Source: a virus (Duplodnaviria; Caudoviricetes). Taken from it: a stretch of DNA of 51,818 bases. The translations under genes and the position numbers were made by a program. Shown here one piece after another: positions 1 to 8,598 of the stretch. Position 1 is the stretch's first letter, and each line of letters opens with the position of its first letter. Below the pieces are notes generated by a model. That model was not told the DNA's origin and did no database searches. It worked only from the letters and a program-made list of their open reading frames with translations. The stretch is taken from IMG/VR virus record IMGVR_UViG_3300011116_000764, positions 1 through 51,818 of that record; one strand, written 5' to 3'.

Positions 1-108
1 CGCAGTGGGGTTACGGCCGACCGTGTCTGGTCGAGCACGTAATAGGCTCCTGTTAAGGGCTGCGGTGCCCTTGGCGTCTCACGGGGGGTGGACTTCGGTC
101 CACCCCCC
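1..108. repeat. Terminal direct repeat (assembly circularisation overlap), copy 1
   Basis: 1-108 matches 51711-51818 with mismatches only at positions 2, 9 and 16; 17-108 is identical. Confidence 0.97.
83..108 (+). terminator. Strong hairpin after major capsid gene (terminator or RNA stability element)
   Basis: GGGGGGTGGAC-TTCG-GTCCACCCCCC, an 11-bp stem with cUUCGg loop; no U-tract; preceded by AAGGGC-N6-GCCCTT hairpin at 55-72. Confidence 0.7.
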
Positions 109-140
109 AGGGACACGCCGCTCACCGTACAGGAGACGTC

Positions 141-908
141 ATGCCTACCCGCATTGCAGCAATTAGCTGTACCCACGCCCCCTTCACTCCCCCGAACGTC
201 CATCACTGGCTGCTTGAAACCCTGTCCGCTCTGGATGGGGTTTCTCACTTTGTGCACCTCGGTGACATCTTCGAAGCCTCCGCCGCATCCGTCCATCCGG
301 ACGAACACGACCACACCCTCCTCGACGAGTACCGGCACGCCGCTGCCTTCCTCGCCTCTCTCCGATCTGTCCTTCCTACAAGGACACATTTCCACGCCAT
401 CATGGGCAACCATGATGACAACCTCCGCTCCCAGGATCCCCGCCGCATACCCAAGGCCCTCCGCGACGTCGCCGACTTCATGCGCACGGAACCCTTTGCA
501 TCAGAAGCCAAGAACTGGCACTGGACCCCATACCGCAAGGACAAGCGCGGCTGCCTCGAAATCGGCCCCGTCGTCCTTACCCACGGCTTTGACGTAGGCC
601 AGAACTCCGACGAGCTCGAGTGCCTCCAGTTCATGAACATGACCGGCGGGGCCGCCCACCGCCTCTTTGTCCGCGGCCACACTCACCGTCCCGTGCCCCC
701 CACGCAGTGCCTCCGCACCCGTTCTATCCCCCTGCCGTACTGGTACATGAACGCTGGAACCTGTGGGCCACTTAACCCCGGATGGATGAGCCGCCGCGAC
801 ACCTCAATGTGGGGGGCGAGCATTGCTGTAATTGACTTGGTCCGCGACCCCTCTCACCGGAATCGAGGCCGCCAATGGGACGCTCAGTTGATCCGAATGG
901 ACGCCTGA
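141..908 (+). CDS. Calcineurin-like metallophosphoesterase
   Basis: Motifs ISCTH, GDIFE, GNHD, THG and GHTH in order; AGGAG SD upstream. Confidence 0.9.
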   Translation: MPTRIAAISCTHAPFTPPNVHHWLLETLSALDGVSHFVHLGDIFEASAASVHPDEHDHTLLDEYRHAAAFLASLRSVLPTRTHFHAIMGNHDDNLRSQDPRRIPKALRDVADFMRTEPFASEAKNWHWTPYRKDKRGCLEIGPVVLTHGFDVGQNSDELECLQFMNMTGGAAHRLFVRGHTHRPVPPTQCLRTRSIPLPYWYMNAGTCGPLNPGWMSRRDTSMWGASIAVIDLVRDPSHRNRGRQWDAQLIRMDA

Positions 909-1189
909 TTTACAAGGTCAAGATCAACGGCCGCCGGTGGCGCATCCGCCTCAACGAAGCCGCTGCAATGGGCAAGGACTGGGGCCGATGCTGGGACCCC
1001 CACAAGCCGGGCCGCCATCCCCTCATCGAAATCCGAAGATCTCTCAGTGAACCCAATCTTTTGGACACGGTCATTCACGAGGTCTTGCACGCCGCTCGCC
1101 CAGAACTCGATGAGACCTCTGTGGACCAGACCGCCACCTCAATTGCACGGGCTCTTTACCAGATGGGATGGCGACGTAAACTGGACTAA
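875..1189 (+). CDS. Small HExxH zinc-metallopeptidase-like protein
   Basis: LLDTVIHEVLHA followed by a downstream E; WGRC motif; start uncertain. Confidence 0.7.
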   Translation: MGRSVDPNGRLIYKVKINGRRWRIRLNEAAAMGKDWGRCWDPHKPGRHPLIEIRRSLSEPNLLDTVIHEVLHAARPELDETSVDQTATSIARALYQMGWRRKLD

Positions 1190-1191
1190 CC

Positions 1192-1644
1192 ATGGCAGAC
1201 CCCTACGAAGATAATGGGAAGTACGATTCGTCAGAGGACAACCCCCTGAACAAGTTGATGCCCAAGGGTGCATCCAAGGGCTACGGCGGTAGCAAGTCGT
1301 TCATCGCCAAGCTCATGGAGTGCCAGCAGTCCCTGGCCGTCCTCCACTGGAAGACCACGTCCTTTGCTGAGCACAAGGCGCTGGGCGAGGCTTACGAGTC
1401 GCTGGCTGACCAGATTGACGGATTCGTCGAGAGCTTCATCGGTGTCAAGGGCCGTGAGGTCCTGAATGGCATCACCACCCTGTCGATCATGAATGACGTG
1501 AAGTCCGTGCTGATGGCCGTCGAGAACGTGCTGCGCAAGGACATCCCCTCCGTTGTGGGCGAGAAAGAAACCTCGCTCCTGAACCTCCGCGACGAGATGC
1601 TGGATCTCGTGCAGCACACCCGTTACCTCCTTACCCTGAGCTAA
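1192..1644 (+). CDS. Ferritin/Dps-like protein (DUF5856-like)
   Basis: LHWKTTSFAEHKALGEAYESLADQIDGFVE ferroxidase-type helix; C-terminal LRDEM...YLLTL. Confidence 0.85.
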   Translation: MADPYEDNGKYDSSEDNPLNKLMPKGASKGYGGSKSFIAKLMECQQSLAVLHWKTTSFAEHKALGEAYESLADQIDGFVESFIGVKGREVLNGITTLSIMNDVKSVLMAVENVLRKDIPSVVGEKETSLLNLRDEMLDLVQHTRYLLTLS

Positions 1645-1647
1645 ACC

Positions 1648-2007
1648 ATGCCCAACCCCCCTAGGAAAGTCCCCGCTGGAACCCGTATTCCTGGTCAGAA
1701 TAGTAACTATCGAATGACCAAAGCTGTATACAGGGAACCCTCAAACTACATGGACAAGCACGACTTTGATGCCGTGACTGCGCGTCTTGAGCATGCTCAG
1801 GAAGCTAAGCGAATGAGGACTACGGCACCTTCATCTACAAGGAACATGATGCGTGCTGCTAACCGTGCTGCTGACACAGAAGGTGCTTTGAAGAAGCTGC
1901 CTCTTGATAAGTTGAAGGCGATTCTTGCCCTTCTGGTTAAGATGGGTGGAGCTCCCCGTGGCGAGTCGCCTATGCCCTACAGCCGCTTTGGTCAGCCCAT
2001 GGACTAA
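1648..2007 (+). CDS. Hypothetical basic protein
   Basis: ORF tightly coupled to neighbours (TAAACCATG). Confidence 0.7.
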   Translation: MPNPPRKVPAGTRIPGQNSNYRMTKAVYREPSNYMDKHDFDAVTARLEHAQEAKRMRTTAPSSTRNMMRAANRAADTEGALKKLPLDKLKAILALLVKMGGAPRGESPMPYSRFGQPMD

Positions 2008-2011
2008 GACA

Positions 2012-2461
2012 ATGCCTACCCCACCCAAGAAAACTTCTGCGTCGTCTATAGGCAAGAAATTGCCTAAGGAAGGTAGCCCTAAGTTTGTTGGGCCTCGATC
2101 TGAATCTAGTGTAGAGGCTGAATACAGTGAGGCTGTAGATGGCAAGTATAACCCGAGTCGCGGTTACAAGAAAAGGGATCGAAGGGCAGACGAGATTGAG
2201 GACGATCGTGTCTGGAAAAAGAACCCCATTCAGTCTCTTCATCTTGCAGTAAATGACCGCATTGGCAGGGCTATGGACTTGTTTATGGCCCCCCCCGGCG
2301 CAAACAGGAGTACTGAACGTGCTCGGTTAGCTGAGTTGATTAAGGCTGCCAGGAAGTTGAAAGATCCTCAGGCGAGGGAAAAAGTCCTTAACCTAATTCA
2401 AAGGCGGTTGAGTTCCTATCGCCAAGGTTCAAGCAACTGGGCCGAAGACATGCCTTTCTAA
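2012..2461 (+). CDS. Hypothetical basic protein
   Basis: In-frame ATG at 2012, 4 nt after the previous stop (MPTPPKK...). Confidence 0.7.
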   Translation: MPTPPKKTSASSIGKKLPKEGSPKFVGPRSESSVEAEYSEAVDGKYNPSRGYKKRDRRADEIEDDRVWKKNPIQSLHLAVNDRIGRAMDLFMAPPGANRSTERARLAELIKAARKLKDPQAREKVLNLIQRRLSSYRQGSSNWAEDMPF

Positions 2462-2464
2462 CCC

Positions 2465-2719
2465 ATGGCAAGCAACAAGCCCAAGTTCCAGTTCAAGGCC
2501 AAGCACAAGAACCCCATGGGGGGACTTAGTGAACTTGGCCGCCGTGCCTATAACAAGGCCACGGGTGGCAACTTGAAGCGTCCCCAGCCTGAGGGCGGGT
2601 CTCGTCGCAACTCCTTCTGTGCACGCATGAAGGGCATGAAGCGCAAGCTGACCAGCTCCGAGACCGCACGAGATCCCAACTCCCGCATCAACAAGAGCCT
2701 GCGCGCCTGGAAGTGCTGA
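2465..2719 (+). CDS. Small basic phage protein (DUF6321-like)
   Basis: GGLS..GR...GGNLK.P...RRNSFCARM...DPNSRINKSLRAWKC signature. Confidence 0.8.
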   Translation: MASNKPKFQFKAKHKNPMGGLSELGRRAYNKATGGNLKRPQPEGGSRRNSFCARMKGMKRKLTSSETARDPNSRINKSLRAWKC

Positions 2720-2720
2720 C

Positions 2721-3113
2721 ATGGCTAATAGAGTTAACCCCAGATTTCAGGTTCAAAACTTCCTTGATGACTTTTTGGCAATGCTGATGCCGCACAATGC
2801 GGCAAAGGCAAGCCCAAATTTAAGGATGCTAAATCCAACTGGGGTAGCAATGCCGAAGCGAAGATTTACCCCAACTGAGTCTGCATTGGCAAAAACGAGG
2901 CAATCATTTACAGGTGTTACCTCACCTTCGTCAGTAGTTAAAGGCGGTGATAGGTCCCATGTAAACTTTAACCAGGCGGTATTGGGTGTTCCCGGCGCTC
3001 GAAAGAAACTAGAAGAAACACTTAAGCGGATCATGTCACCGGCAAGCCGCAAGGAATTTTTGCGCAAATGGGAAGAGGCTATTGATTTCCACGTTCCAGA
3101 TGGGACCTACTAA
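2721..3113 (+). CDS. Hypothetical protein
   Basis: Coupled ORF (TGACATG); lower GC than neighbours. Confidence 0.7.
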   Translation: MANRVNPRFQVQNFLDDFLAMLMPHNAAKASPNLRMLNPTGVAMPKRRFTPTESALAKTRQSFTGVTSPSSVVKGGDRSHVNFNQAVLGVPGARKKLEETLKRIMSPASRKEFLRKWEEAIDFHVPDGTY

Positions 3114-3146
3114 TAGTAAGTAACCGGTTGCTACACTGGGGAAACC

Positions 3147-3281
3147 ATGATGAAACACAACCCACTAAATTCGCTGGTCGGAAACATCAACAAGCGCAAG
3201 AAGCTTGGCACGAGCAGGCCCAAGTCAAAGTCCACTGTGGATCCAAAACAGTACGCTAAGATGAAGCGGGGTTGGAAGTGA
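3147..3281 (+). CDS. 44-aa basic protein (absent from ORF track)
   Basis: Manual translation MMKHNPLNSLVGNINKRKKLGTSRPKSKSTVDPKQYAKMKRGWK; fills the gap and overlaps the next start (GTGA). Confidence 0.75.
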   Translation: MMKHNPLNSLVGNINKRKKLGTSRPKSKSTVDPKQYAKMKRGWK

Positions 3282-3448
3282 AGAAACCCAAAAACTGGAT
3301 TGGCAAGGTGGCAGCTGGGATTAAGAAGCGGGGCACCGAGGGCGTGTGCACCGGCCCGAAGTTTGGTGGGTCGTCCTGCCCGCCCGGCTCAAAGCGCTAT
3401 AATCTTGCTGTGACCTTCAAGAAGATGGCACGCAGCAGGAGCAAGTAA
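3278..3448 (+). CDS. 56-aa basic protein (absent from ORF track)
   Basis: Manual translation MKKPKNWIGKVAAGIKKRGTEGVCTGPKFGGSSCPPGSKRYNLAVTFKKMARSRSK; GTGA and TAATG overlaps on both sides. Confidence 0.75.
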   Translation: MKKPKNWIGKVAAGIKKRGTEGVCTGPKFGGSSCPPGSKRYNLAVTFKKMARSRSK

Positions 3449-4002
3449 TGAGCGAAGAGACCGCGCCGCTTGACATTGAGATCATTTATGACCCCGTCGA
3501 AGAAGCCCACAGGGAGGGCCTTGTGCTGGATGCTACTCGCCATCGGGTTATGCCTGATAGCGAGTTCGTCCTGTGGGCCAAGCGCCACTACAAGCGCCCC
3601 ACACTGTTTGAGTACCACCACCTAGAGTCAGACAACATTGTGCTGTGCGACTGGTTGATCCGTGGCAAGGTGGCTCAGGAACTGGAAGCGTACCCCCACG
3701 ATCAGCGTCCTGATCGTGCGTTTCTTGACGCGCGTATTGTGTTGTGTAGTGAATCTGCAAACGCAATTAGGCGTAAAATGCGGATGAAAGCTGAAAAGCG
3801 CCAGTCTGAGCGCAATGAAGCCATGGAAGAACGAAAAAATGCAGCAAAGCATTTGAAGTTCTTGGGGCTGGAACGAGAGTCAAAAGCAATGGCTGCTGGC
3901 ATTACAAGTTTCATGGGTACCAAGGAAGGCGGGGAGGATTTGGCCCGTTCAAAAGAAGAGTTGGCTAATCTTGCTCGTGGTCGTATCATCACACACGGCT
4001 AA
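3448..4002 (+). CDS. Hypothetical protein
   Basis: Coupled ORF in the late operon. Confidence 0.75.
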   Translation: MSEETAPLDIEIIYDPVEEAHREGLVLDATRHRVMPDSEFVLWAKRHYKRPTLFEYHHLESDNIVLCDWLIRGKVAQELEAYPHDQRPDRAFLDARIVLCSESANAIRRKMRMKAEKRQSERNEAMEERKNAAKHLKFLGLERESKAMAAGITSFMGTKEGGEDLARSKEELANLARGRIITHG

Positions 4003-4004
4003 CC

Positions 4005-4949
4005 ATGGACGACACCCGCTCTTTCATCAAGACCGTCATTGCCCGTATCCGAGGCTACCTCGACGATCCGGACTTTGACGCCAAGTACACCGACCAGTTC
4101 TTGGTCAAGCATGTGGTTATGCCCTCCCTCGTAGACGTGTGGAGTCGCTGCTCCTTAAGCGCTGACAACCCCGTCATGCTGGACTACAACCTGACGTTTG
4201 TGGAAAACCAGGAGTGCTATACCCTGCCCGCCTGCGTCGGCGAGATCCACGAGATCGTGCAGTACACCGGTCTTGACGGCCGCCAGCTAAGCAACGGACT
4301 CATTACAGACGATCTCCGTCCCTCCCACCCGCAGAGCCGTACTGGCCCCGTGTGGATGATTGAGGGCAACATGATTTGCTTCCGCCCCTTCCCGCAGAAC
4401 TTGGACTCTGGCGGCAACACCAACCTGACGTGGACCATTCGGTACACCACGAACGGCGACATGCTGCCCCACTACGCTACCTATGACAACTTTGGAACGC
4501 TGAACGCGGCCAAGACCATCTTCACCTTCAGTGGCTCGCCTGACCTTGGACTGGTTGACTACCGCCCCAACGCATACGCCGGTCAGTTCATCCGCATCCT
4601 GAGTGGTGCTGGCGGCAGCGGCTTGGGTGTCACGGAAGAGCGCGTCATTGCCTCTTACAACCCATCCACCCTGCAAGCCACCCTGGCTCGCCCCTTCACC
4701 GTGGCCGCAGGCAACTACGCCTACGAGGTGTGCCCGCCGCAGTCGCAGGGCATGGTTGAAGCTATTGCACTGTCAGCTGCCCTCAAGTTGGGTGCGTGGC
4801 GCAAGATTTCGCAGGCGCAGAACCAGCTCCTGACCCAGCAGTACCGTTCGGCCATCAAGACCATCGGTGACAACCTGGCGAACATGAACCTCCGCACCGG
4901 CAAGGGCTATGCGAAGGACACCCGTGACAACCCGAGGTGGCGTCCGTGA
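4005..4949 (+). CDS. Putative head-tail adaptor / tail tubular protein A-like
   Basis: N-terminal helix RIRGYLDD, YTLP motif, P-x-P and helical C-terminus typical of podovirus adaptors; position. Confidence 0.55.
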   Translation: MDDTRSFIKTVIARIRGYLDDPDFDAKYTDQFLVKHVVMPSLVDVWSRCSLSADNPVMLDYNLTFVENQECYTLPACVGEIHEIVQYTGLDGRQLSNGLITDDLRPSHPQSRTGPVWMIEGNMICFRPFPQNLDSGGNTNLTWTIRYTTNGDMLPHYATYDNFGTLNAAKTIFTFSGSPDLGLVDYRPNAYAGQFIRILSGAGGSGLGVTEERVIASYNPSTLQATLARPFTVAAGNYAYEVCPPQSQGMVEAIALSAALKLGAWRKISQAQNQLLTQQYRSAIKTIGDNLANMNLRTGKGYAKDTRDNPRWRP

Positions 4950-5563
4950 GCCTGTGGTATCAGGCTCCCCAAAGCACATTCGAGCCCCGGGACAGTCGCT
5001 CCATCGGTTGGTCCCAGGTTCCCAATCGCAAAGCAGTCCTCCTAGACGACGACGTCCAGAGCCCGCAGCACAGCACCGGTGGGGGGACGCTCCTTGACCT
5101 GAGCAACACCATGCAGTTTGGCACGCCCCGAACTAACATTCAGTTTGACCCCACGGTTAACTTTGCCCAGTTTGGTTTTGAGAACATTCAAGACGTAAAC
5201 TTGGCTCAGTTTCAAATGATGGTTAGCCAGTCGCTGTCCGAGTTGTCTAACAAGATTAATTTCTACGCAGAGCAGGGGATTGACTACCTGGCTCGGATTG
5301 TGGCCCTTGAGACGTGGAAGGCGACTGGTATTACCGGGTGCGAACCAGAAATCTTTATGCGGGATTGGTCGTTTGATCCGGTCAGCGGTGACATCGTTAA
5401 CGAATACAAGGAGTTGCGTTTTGTTGACGGTCTGATGGTATTCCGCGATGGCGGAGTTGACGACCCGGATTGCCCCGGTACTGTTGCAAATGGAACTACA
5501 GCCACAACTGATTGCCCGAATAACTTTACGGGTGGCGGTGGTGGTCCTATTCTAGAGGGCTGA
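4946..5563 (+). CDS. Putative tail/fibre-associated protein
   Basis: GTGA-coupled start; short coiled coil LARIVALE; lies between the adaptor and the Cys-rich gene. Confidence 0.55.
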   Translation: MSLWYQAPQSTFEPRDSRSIGWSQVPNRKAVLLDDDVQSPQHSTGGGTLLDLSNTMQFGTPRTNIQFDPTVNFAQFGFENIQDVNLAQFQMMVSQSLSELSNKINFYAEQGIDYLARIVALETWKATGITGCEPEIFMRDWSFDPVSGDIVNEYKELRFVDGLMVFRDGGVDDPDCPGTVANGTTATTDCPNNFTGGGGGPILEG

Positions 5564-6366
5564 TGTCCCTATTTAGACTTGGTAACCAGCTACTTCGCAT
5601 TGCGGGTCAACTAGCACGAGACATTGCATGTTGTTGTGGTGGAGCTCCCGTAACTGGTGCGTGTTGTCTTGGTTGTCATTGCACAGACTCTCTTACTGAG
5701 TCACAGTGCACTGCACTGGGCGGTGTCTTTAAAGGAGTTGGCACGCCTTGTGATTACACGCTTGGCTCTTGTACTTGCTTAAGTGAGCCCAACTGTGATG
5801 CAGTAACATGCTGCGCACCTACGCCCGGTCTGGGATATGGGGCTACGTGTTATTATGATTTTGGCGGATTCCCTATCTCCACTTGCCAATGTGAAGCCTC
5901 GGTTGCAGAGGGTGGTTTGGGGGGTCGAGTTGTTACAACCGAGTGCACACAAGACATTGACTTTGAGTGCTGCAATGTTGGGGGAGTTGCTGGGCAATAC
6001 GCATGGGGCATTAGCTCTTGCGAGTGCGAAACTGGTGGCGGCGAGTACAACGTAATTGTTGCGGGAAGTTGCTGCATTGATGGTCAGTGCTACGACGGAG
6101 ACCCAGGTGGGTCTTCACCTGGCGTGTGGACTCGCTGTTACTGCGAAAATGTAATGGGGGGTACATGGAACGCAACAAGCTGCACACAAGACCCCTGTGC
6201 TTGCGGCGGCACATTTCAGATTGGCTGCTGCGAGGCGTGTTGTACTGACTGTGACAATCTTGATTTTTGTGATGATCCTGCTTTTATTGCTTGGGTTGCG
6301 CCTTACCTCCCATGTGCAACAATCATTAGGTTTGGCACAGACCAGCCTTGTACTGGGTGTGCCTGA
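5563..6366 (+). CDS. Cys-rich repeat protein (GACC-type repeats)
   Basis: 39 Cys in 267 aa; about four units of CC-x-C-x-CxC-x-GG-x-C; no signal peptide. Confidence 0.85.
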   Translation: MSLFRLGNQLLRIAGQLARDIACCCGGAPVTGACCLGCHCTDSLTESQCTALGGVFKGVGTPCDYTLGSCTCLSEPNCDAVTCCAPTPGLGYGATCYYDFGGFPISTCQCEASVAEGGLGGRVVTTECTQDIDFECCNVGGVAGQYAWGISSCECETGGGEYNVIVAGSCCIDGQCYDGDPGGSSPGVWTRCYCENVMGGTWNATSCTQDPCACGGTFQIGCCEACCTDCDNLDFCDDPAFIAWVAPYLPCATIIRFGTDQPCTGCA

Positions 6367-6376
6367 TAGGTAGAGC

Positions 6377-6778
6377 ATGCAAAAGATCAATCTGACAAAA
6401 GCCAATCGACAACAGATGGAGTCCTGTTTGACCTCTCTTGTTGGGCAGGAAGTTGCCGAACAAGTCATGGAGTGCCAACGGGAGATCATGCAAAAGATCA
6501 TGCTTACCGGTGAGCAGGTGCAAAATGAAACAACAGTTGCAAATGAAACCACAAAGCCGGAGCCAGAGCCCCTAAAAAAGACTTTGCACTGGGCCGGAGA
6601 GGGTGCAGTTAAAGCTGCCAAGGCCATGCTTTTGCCCACTACTGAACAGTCCAAAGCCAGGCTTGTCGTGTGTGGTGGGTGCGACCAGTGGACTGGCACT
6701 GCTTGCAAGATCTGTGGGTGCTATACCAAACTCAAGGTGAAAATCCCTGAGGAGAAGTGCCCCCTCGGGAAGTGGTGA
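6377..6778 (+). CDS. C-terminal Cys-cluster protein (DUF6171-like)
   Basis: RLVVCGGC...CKICGC...K...EKCPLGKW. Confidence 0.75.
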   Translation: MQKINLTKANRQQMESCLTSLVGQEVAEQVMECQREIMQKIMLTGEQVQNETTVANETTKPEPEPLKKTLHWAGEGAVKAAKAMLLPTTEQSKARLVVCGGCDQWTGTACKICGCYTKLKVKIPEEKCPLGKW

Positions 6779-6823
6779 TATACTTGCCCGGCCCCCCACG
6801 ATGGGTGGCAGAAGGAGACACAC

Positions 6824-6958
6824 ATGATGCTTGCTTCGATTGAGAGTCTGATTGGTAGCACTTGGGCTGCCGTCGCCACCTTTGCCCTTGGCTACGTGGC
6901 TGGTCACCTGGTTCCCCTCGGGAAGATCGCGTCGTGGATCCCCGGCAAGCGGGACTAA
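6824..6958 (+). CDS. 44-aa single-TM membrane protein, holin candidate (absent from ORF track)
   Basis: AAGGAG SD; MMLASIESLIGSTWAAVATFALGYVAGHLVPLGKIASWIPGKRD with a double Met start; TATACT upstream. Confidence 0.65.
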   Translation: MMLASIESLIGSTWAAVATFALGYVAGHLVPLGKIASWIPGKRD

Positions 6959-7458
6959 TCCTCGTCTGCAGTTTGGTTCTAGGGTGTTCGGCCTCCCAGC
7001 ACATCGCTGAGGAGGCCAACACTATTTCCGCTAGTGCGGAAAACATCGAGAAGCTCGCGGAGCAAATCCGCCACACTTCTAAAGAAGTACAGACGATTCG
7101 CACCGCCACGGACATCAAGAACGAGGCCTTGCAGATTCGACAGTCAGTGGCGGAAATACATGCAACCCTCCCCGGCGTCCGGGACGTGACCCCCTGGTGG
7201 GCCTCCCTTATCCAGTGGGGCCTCATTGCACTCGTGGGGGGACTCGCCGTCTGGATCCTGTACTCCACCGGGGCCGTGACCGCCATCCGTGTGGCCGTCG
7301 GCTGGCTCCCCCGCCGCAAAGTGCAGGAGGCCCAGATCGCCGTGGCCGCCCTTGATGACTCCCGACCTGAGACTGCCCGAGAGTGGTTGGCTGCCCGCCG
7401 GGCCGCTGACCCAGAGTTCAACGCCGCATGGCTTAAGGCTAAAGAAAAGGTAGGCTGA
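6934..7458 (+). CDS. Lipoprotein with coiled coil and downstream TM helix (spanin candidate)
   Basis: GTG start; h-region plus LVLG-C lipobox; heptad-rich segment; TM WASLIQWGLIALVGGLAVWILY. Confidence 0.6.
   Translation: MDPRQAGLILVCSLVLGCSASQHIAEEANTISASAENIEKLAEQIRHTSKEVQTIRTATDIKNEALQIRQSVAEIHATLPGVRDVTPWWASLIQWGLIALVGGLAVWILYSTGAVTAIRVAVGWLPRRKVQEAQIAVAALDDSRPETAREWLAARRAADPEFNAAWLKAKEKVG
7451..7456 (+). promoter_or_regulatory. -10 element of putative leaderless promoter
   Basis: TAGGCT exactly 6 nt before ATG 7463; no SD. Confidence 0.4.
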
Positions 7459-7462
7459 GTTT

Positions 7463-7960
7463 ATGCCTAACCCCCTTGAAGAAATCATTGCTTTGATTAG
7501 CAAGATGTACCGGACTCCCGGTCGCATGCCGCCTTCCGAAGTGGGGATGAGCGAGGCTCAGTTAGCTGAACTCCTGTCTGGTCCCAAGTCCGACCTCACT
7601 CGCGGCTACGTGAAGGGACCTGGTGTTTATGCTGCACGCAGAGCCAGTCTTGTCCGAGGAGCCGACAAGATCCCAACAGTCCAGTCTTTAACAGCATTGC
7701 TTACGGCTAAGACCCCGCAAGAAGGACTGCTTGGAAACCCATTTGACTACCACGGCATGATTGCGGATCCCAATCAACGGGTTGCCGATGCGGTCCGGGA
7801 CTTTGCTATTTACGCCCACAAGCGAAATGAACTCAGCCCCAAGCTGGTAAATGCTTTGAAGCGTCTTCCTGCTGGGTCTATCCTTCAATGCTTCCCACAC
7901 CCGGGTAGTTGCCACACTGAAGTGCTGTCTAGACTGGCTCGCCGCGAAGGCAGAAAGTGA
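7463..7960 (+). CDS. DUF4326-like protein with N-terminal extension
   Basis: LGNPF...LQCFPHPGSCHTEVL resembles the WGNPF...LxCxCxPxxCHxDVL pattern. Confidence 0.7.
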   Translation: MPNPLEEIIALISKMYRTPGRMPPSEVGMSEAQLAELLSGPKSDLTRGYVKGPGVYAARRASLVRGADKIPTVQSLTALLTAKTPQEGLLGNPFDYHGMIADPNQRVADAVRDFAIYAHKRNELSPKLVNALKRLPAGSILQCFPHPGSCHTEVLSRLARREGRK

Positions 7961-7967
7961 AAGACTG

Positions 7968-8339
7968 ATGGACACCAATGACGTGATCAAGATCCATGAG
8001 GGGCTGTGTGAGCACGCCCAGGCTTTGATGCGCAAGAAGCAGGCTGATTACACCAGCGGCGACGACCAGCCCTTCCGCAACTTCCAGCTGGGCCCCCTTC
8101 TGGGTGTGGGGAATGTGCAGCAGGGCATCTTCATCCGGTTCCTTGACAAGGTCAGCCGCCTCTCCACGTACATGACGCGCGGCAAGTTCCAGGTCAACGA
8201 GAGCCTGCAGGACACCATCGTGGATGCCATCAACTACTTGGTTCTTCTGAAGGCGTCGGTTATCCTCGAAGAGTCCAAGTCCGTGAATAATCCAGAGGAG
8301 ATTCGTTGTGGATGCTCAACCTGTTCAACTAAAGCCTAG
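7968..8339 (+). CDS. Nucleotide modification associated domain 1 (Nmad1/DUF1599-like)
   Basis: KKQADY...PFRNF...IRFLDKVSRL...ESLQDTIVDAINY. Confidence 0.8.
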   Translation: MDTNDVIKIHEGLCEHAQALMRKKQADYTSGDDQPFRNFQLGPLLGVGNVQQGIFIRFLDKVSRLSTYMTRGKFQVNESLQDTIVDAINYLVLLKASVILEESKSVNNPEEIRCGCSTCSTKA

Positions 8340-8598
8340 CCTGTTTCAGTACACGACTTTGGCATTTCAGGCAATCACGGCGGTGTCCGTGGTCTATGGC
8401 TTGGTGAGCATCCCCATTGAGATTGGCCGCAAGGACCAGATCCTAATGCAGCAGCAGAAGAGCACCGAAGAACTACACTCTGTGGTCCAAGATCTTGTGA
8501 AGACCACCATCAACCTGACCGGAACTGACCGCGTCCATGACCGGGATTTGAACGACCTGCGCTCCCGGCTGGAACGGCTGGAGAGCAAGCGTGGCTGA
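8308..8598 (+). CDS. TM plus coiled-coil protein (holin-like candidate)
   Basis: Hydrophobic N-terminal segment; C-terminal LRSRLERLE coil. Confidence 0.55.
   Translation: MDAQPVQLKPSLFQYTTLAFQAITAVSVVYGLVSIPIEIGRKDQILMQQQKSTEELHSVVQDLVKTTINLTGTDRVHDRDLNDLRSRLERLESKRG

Noticed and set aside
1-16. Three mismatches between the terminal repeat copies as biological variation or a true DTR
   Set aside because: They lie in the first 16 bases of the contig, and the repeat cuts through the capsid gene end and stops at a hairpin, as expected for an assembly overlap with low-quality ends.
875-1189. HExxH protein as the endolysin
   Set aside because: It resembles small zincin-like proteins rather than M15/M23 peptidoglycan peptidases and is not beside the membrane genes.
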